Below, piece after piece: positions 62,900 to 64,000 of a stretch of 64,000 bases of DNA. Below the pieces are notes generated by a model. The model did no database searches, had not been told where the DNA came from, and saw nothing but the letters and a program-made list of their open reading frames with translations. Both the position numbers and the translations under genes were made by a program. The number at the start of each line of letters is the position of its first letter. The stretch's first letter is position 1. This DNA is from the human T2T-CHM13v2.0 reference genome, Homo sapiens, in assembly GCF_009914755.1 (NCBI RefSeq), contig NC_060929.1, one strand, 5' to 3'.

Positions 62900-64000
62900 A
62901 CAGGTCTCAATCCTCTTTCCTTGTCTATCTAAAATTTTTCCTGAGAGGATCACATCCATCTGGTGGCTGAAAATACAGTACAATTACAATACTATTCACT
63001 GTAGACTCCCAAAATTTTATCCCTACGTTGAGACTTTCCCAGGTGTAGACAGTGCCCATCCAGCATCTCAAGATGGATGATTAAAAAGCATTTCAAACTA
63101 AACTCTTCCTTTCTCATCTCCGACACAAAAACCTGCTCTTCCCCAGTGTTCTCTATCTCAGTAAATGGCCCACCATTTACCCAGTGGTTCAGACCAGAAA
63201 AACTTCTTCTCATACCCTAAGACCAAACCATCAGCAAACTCATTCTCTCTACTTTGAAAATGATTCCTGGCCGGGGGCAGTAGCTCATGCCTATAATCCC
63301 AACACTTTGGGGGGCCTAGGTGAGTGGATCGCTTGAGCCCAGGAGTTTGAGACCAGCCTGGGCAACGTGGCAAAACCCCATCTCCACAAAAAATTAGATG
63401 GGCGTGGTGATATATGCCTGTAGTTCCAGCTACCTGGGGGGCTGAGGTGGGAGGATCACCTGAGCCCAGGAGGTTGAGGCTGCTGTGAGCCAAGATCACG
63501 CTACTGTACTCCAGCCTGGGTGACAAAGTGAGACCCTGTCTCAAGAAAAAGAAAGAAAGAAAAAAAGTAAAAGAAAGGAAGAAAATTATTCCTACTCCTG
63601 ACCCTTCTCATCACCTCTGGACCCAGCATCTGGGTCCAAGCCACCAATTTCTTTCTCTGAATTACTCACCCACACCCCCAATCTGTCTCCTGCCAGAATG
63701 ATATTTTTTAAATGTAAGTCAGGTCATTTCTTGCTTGCATAAAATTCTAGTGGCTTCCTATCACACTTAGCATACAATCCAAATTCCTTATCATAGCTAA
63801 CCAGACCTTACATGATCTGGCCCCCACTCTTCTCCAAACTCAACTGTAGCCATGCCCCTCCCCTTTCCCACCCACCAGCTCACTGGTTTTGCTGCTTTCC
63901 TGGGCCGTAACCGTAGGTTCCCATCTCAGGGCCTTTTCACTTTGTCTCTTTTCCCTGGAATGTGACCATGTAGATTACTCTCTCACTTCCTTAGGGGTGC
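62900..64000 (+). mobile_element. L2 fragment interrupted by an Alu
   Basis: L2 motifs cctgctcttccccagtgttctctatctcagtaaatggc, tggcttcctatcacactta and cagggccttttcact. Confidence 0.7.
63269..63580 (+). mobile_element. AluJ-like, full length
   Basis: J diagnostics (gcttgagcccagg, gaggctgctgtgag). TSD gaaaat[g/t]attcct at 63256-63268 and 63581-63593. Confidence 0.92.

Overview
Human genomic DNA (an AluYb8 is human-specific), almost entirely intronic sequence of the serotonin receptor gene HTR4 on the minus strand. The only host coding sequence I can support is a 73-nt exon at 61485-61557 (47 nt of 5'UTR plus 26 coding nt, MDKLDANVS), which the ORF track misses. The next coding exon is not in the window, so 1-61484 is one intron of more than 61 kb. 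That intron is filled with L1, Alu, MIR, L2, MaLR LTR and hAT DNA-transposon relics. Three observations stand out. (1) Two ancient L1M-class insertions in opposite orientations (about 4745-7155 and 24869-26820) share a ~64-nt non-ORF2 leader (47/60 identical, ungapped). In both it is joined to the same ORF2 nucleotide, directly after the TTTGCAG acceptor-like site in the F-A-D-D codons, which suggests a recurrent or amplified spliced L1 form. (2) A near-full-length L1PA2-like element has the exact 5'UTR splice junction of the known SpIRE97/622 class. (3) An out-of-frame uORF overlaps the HTR4 start codon. There is also a twin-primed L1PA3 with a 1.6-kb gap and a 20-nt 3' transduction, plus several odd Alu insertions. 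Repeat subfamily names are from memory of consensus sequences and old-repeat boundaries are approximate. No database search was run. I saw no CRISPR array, tRNA or rRNA gene.
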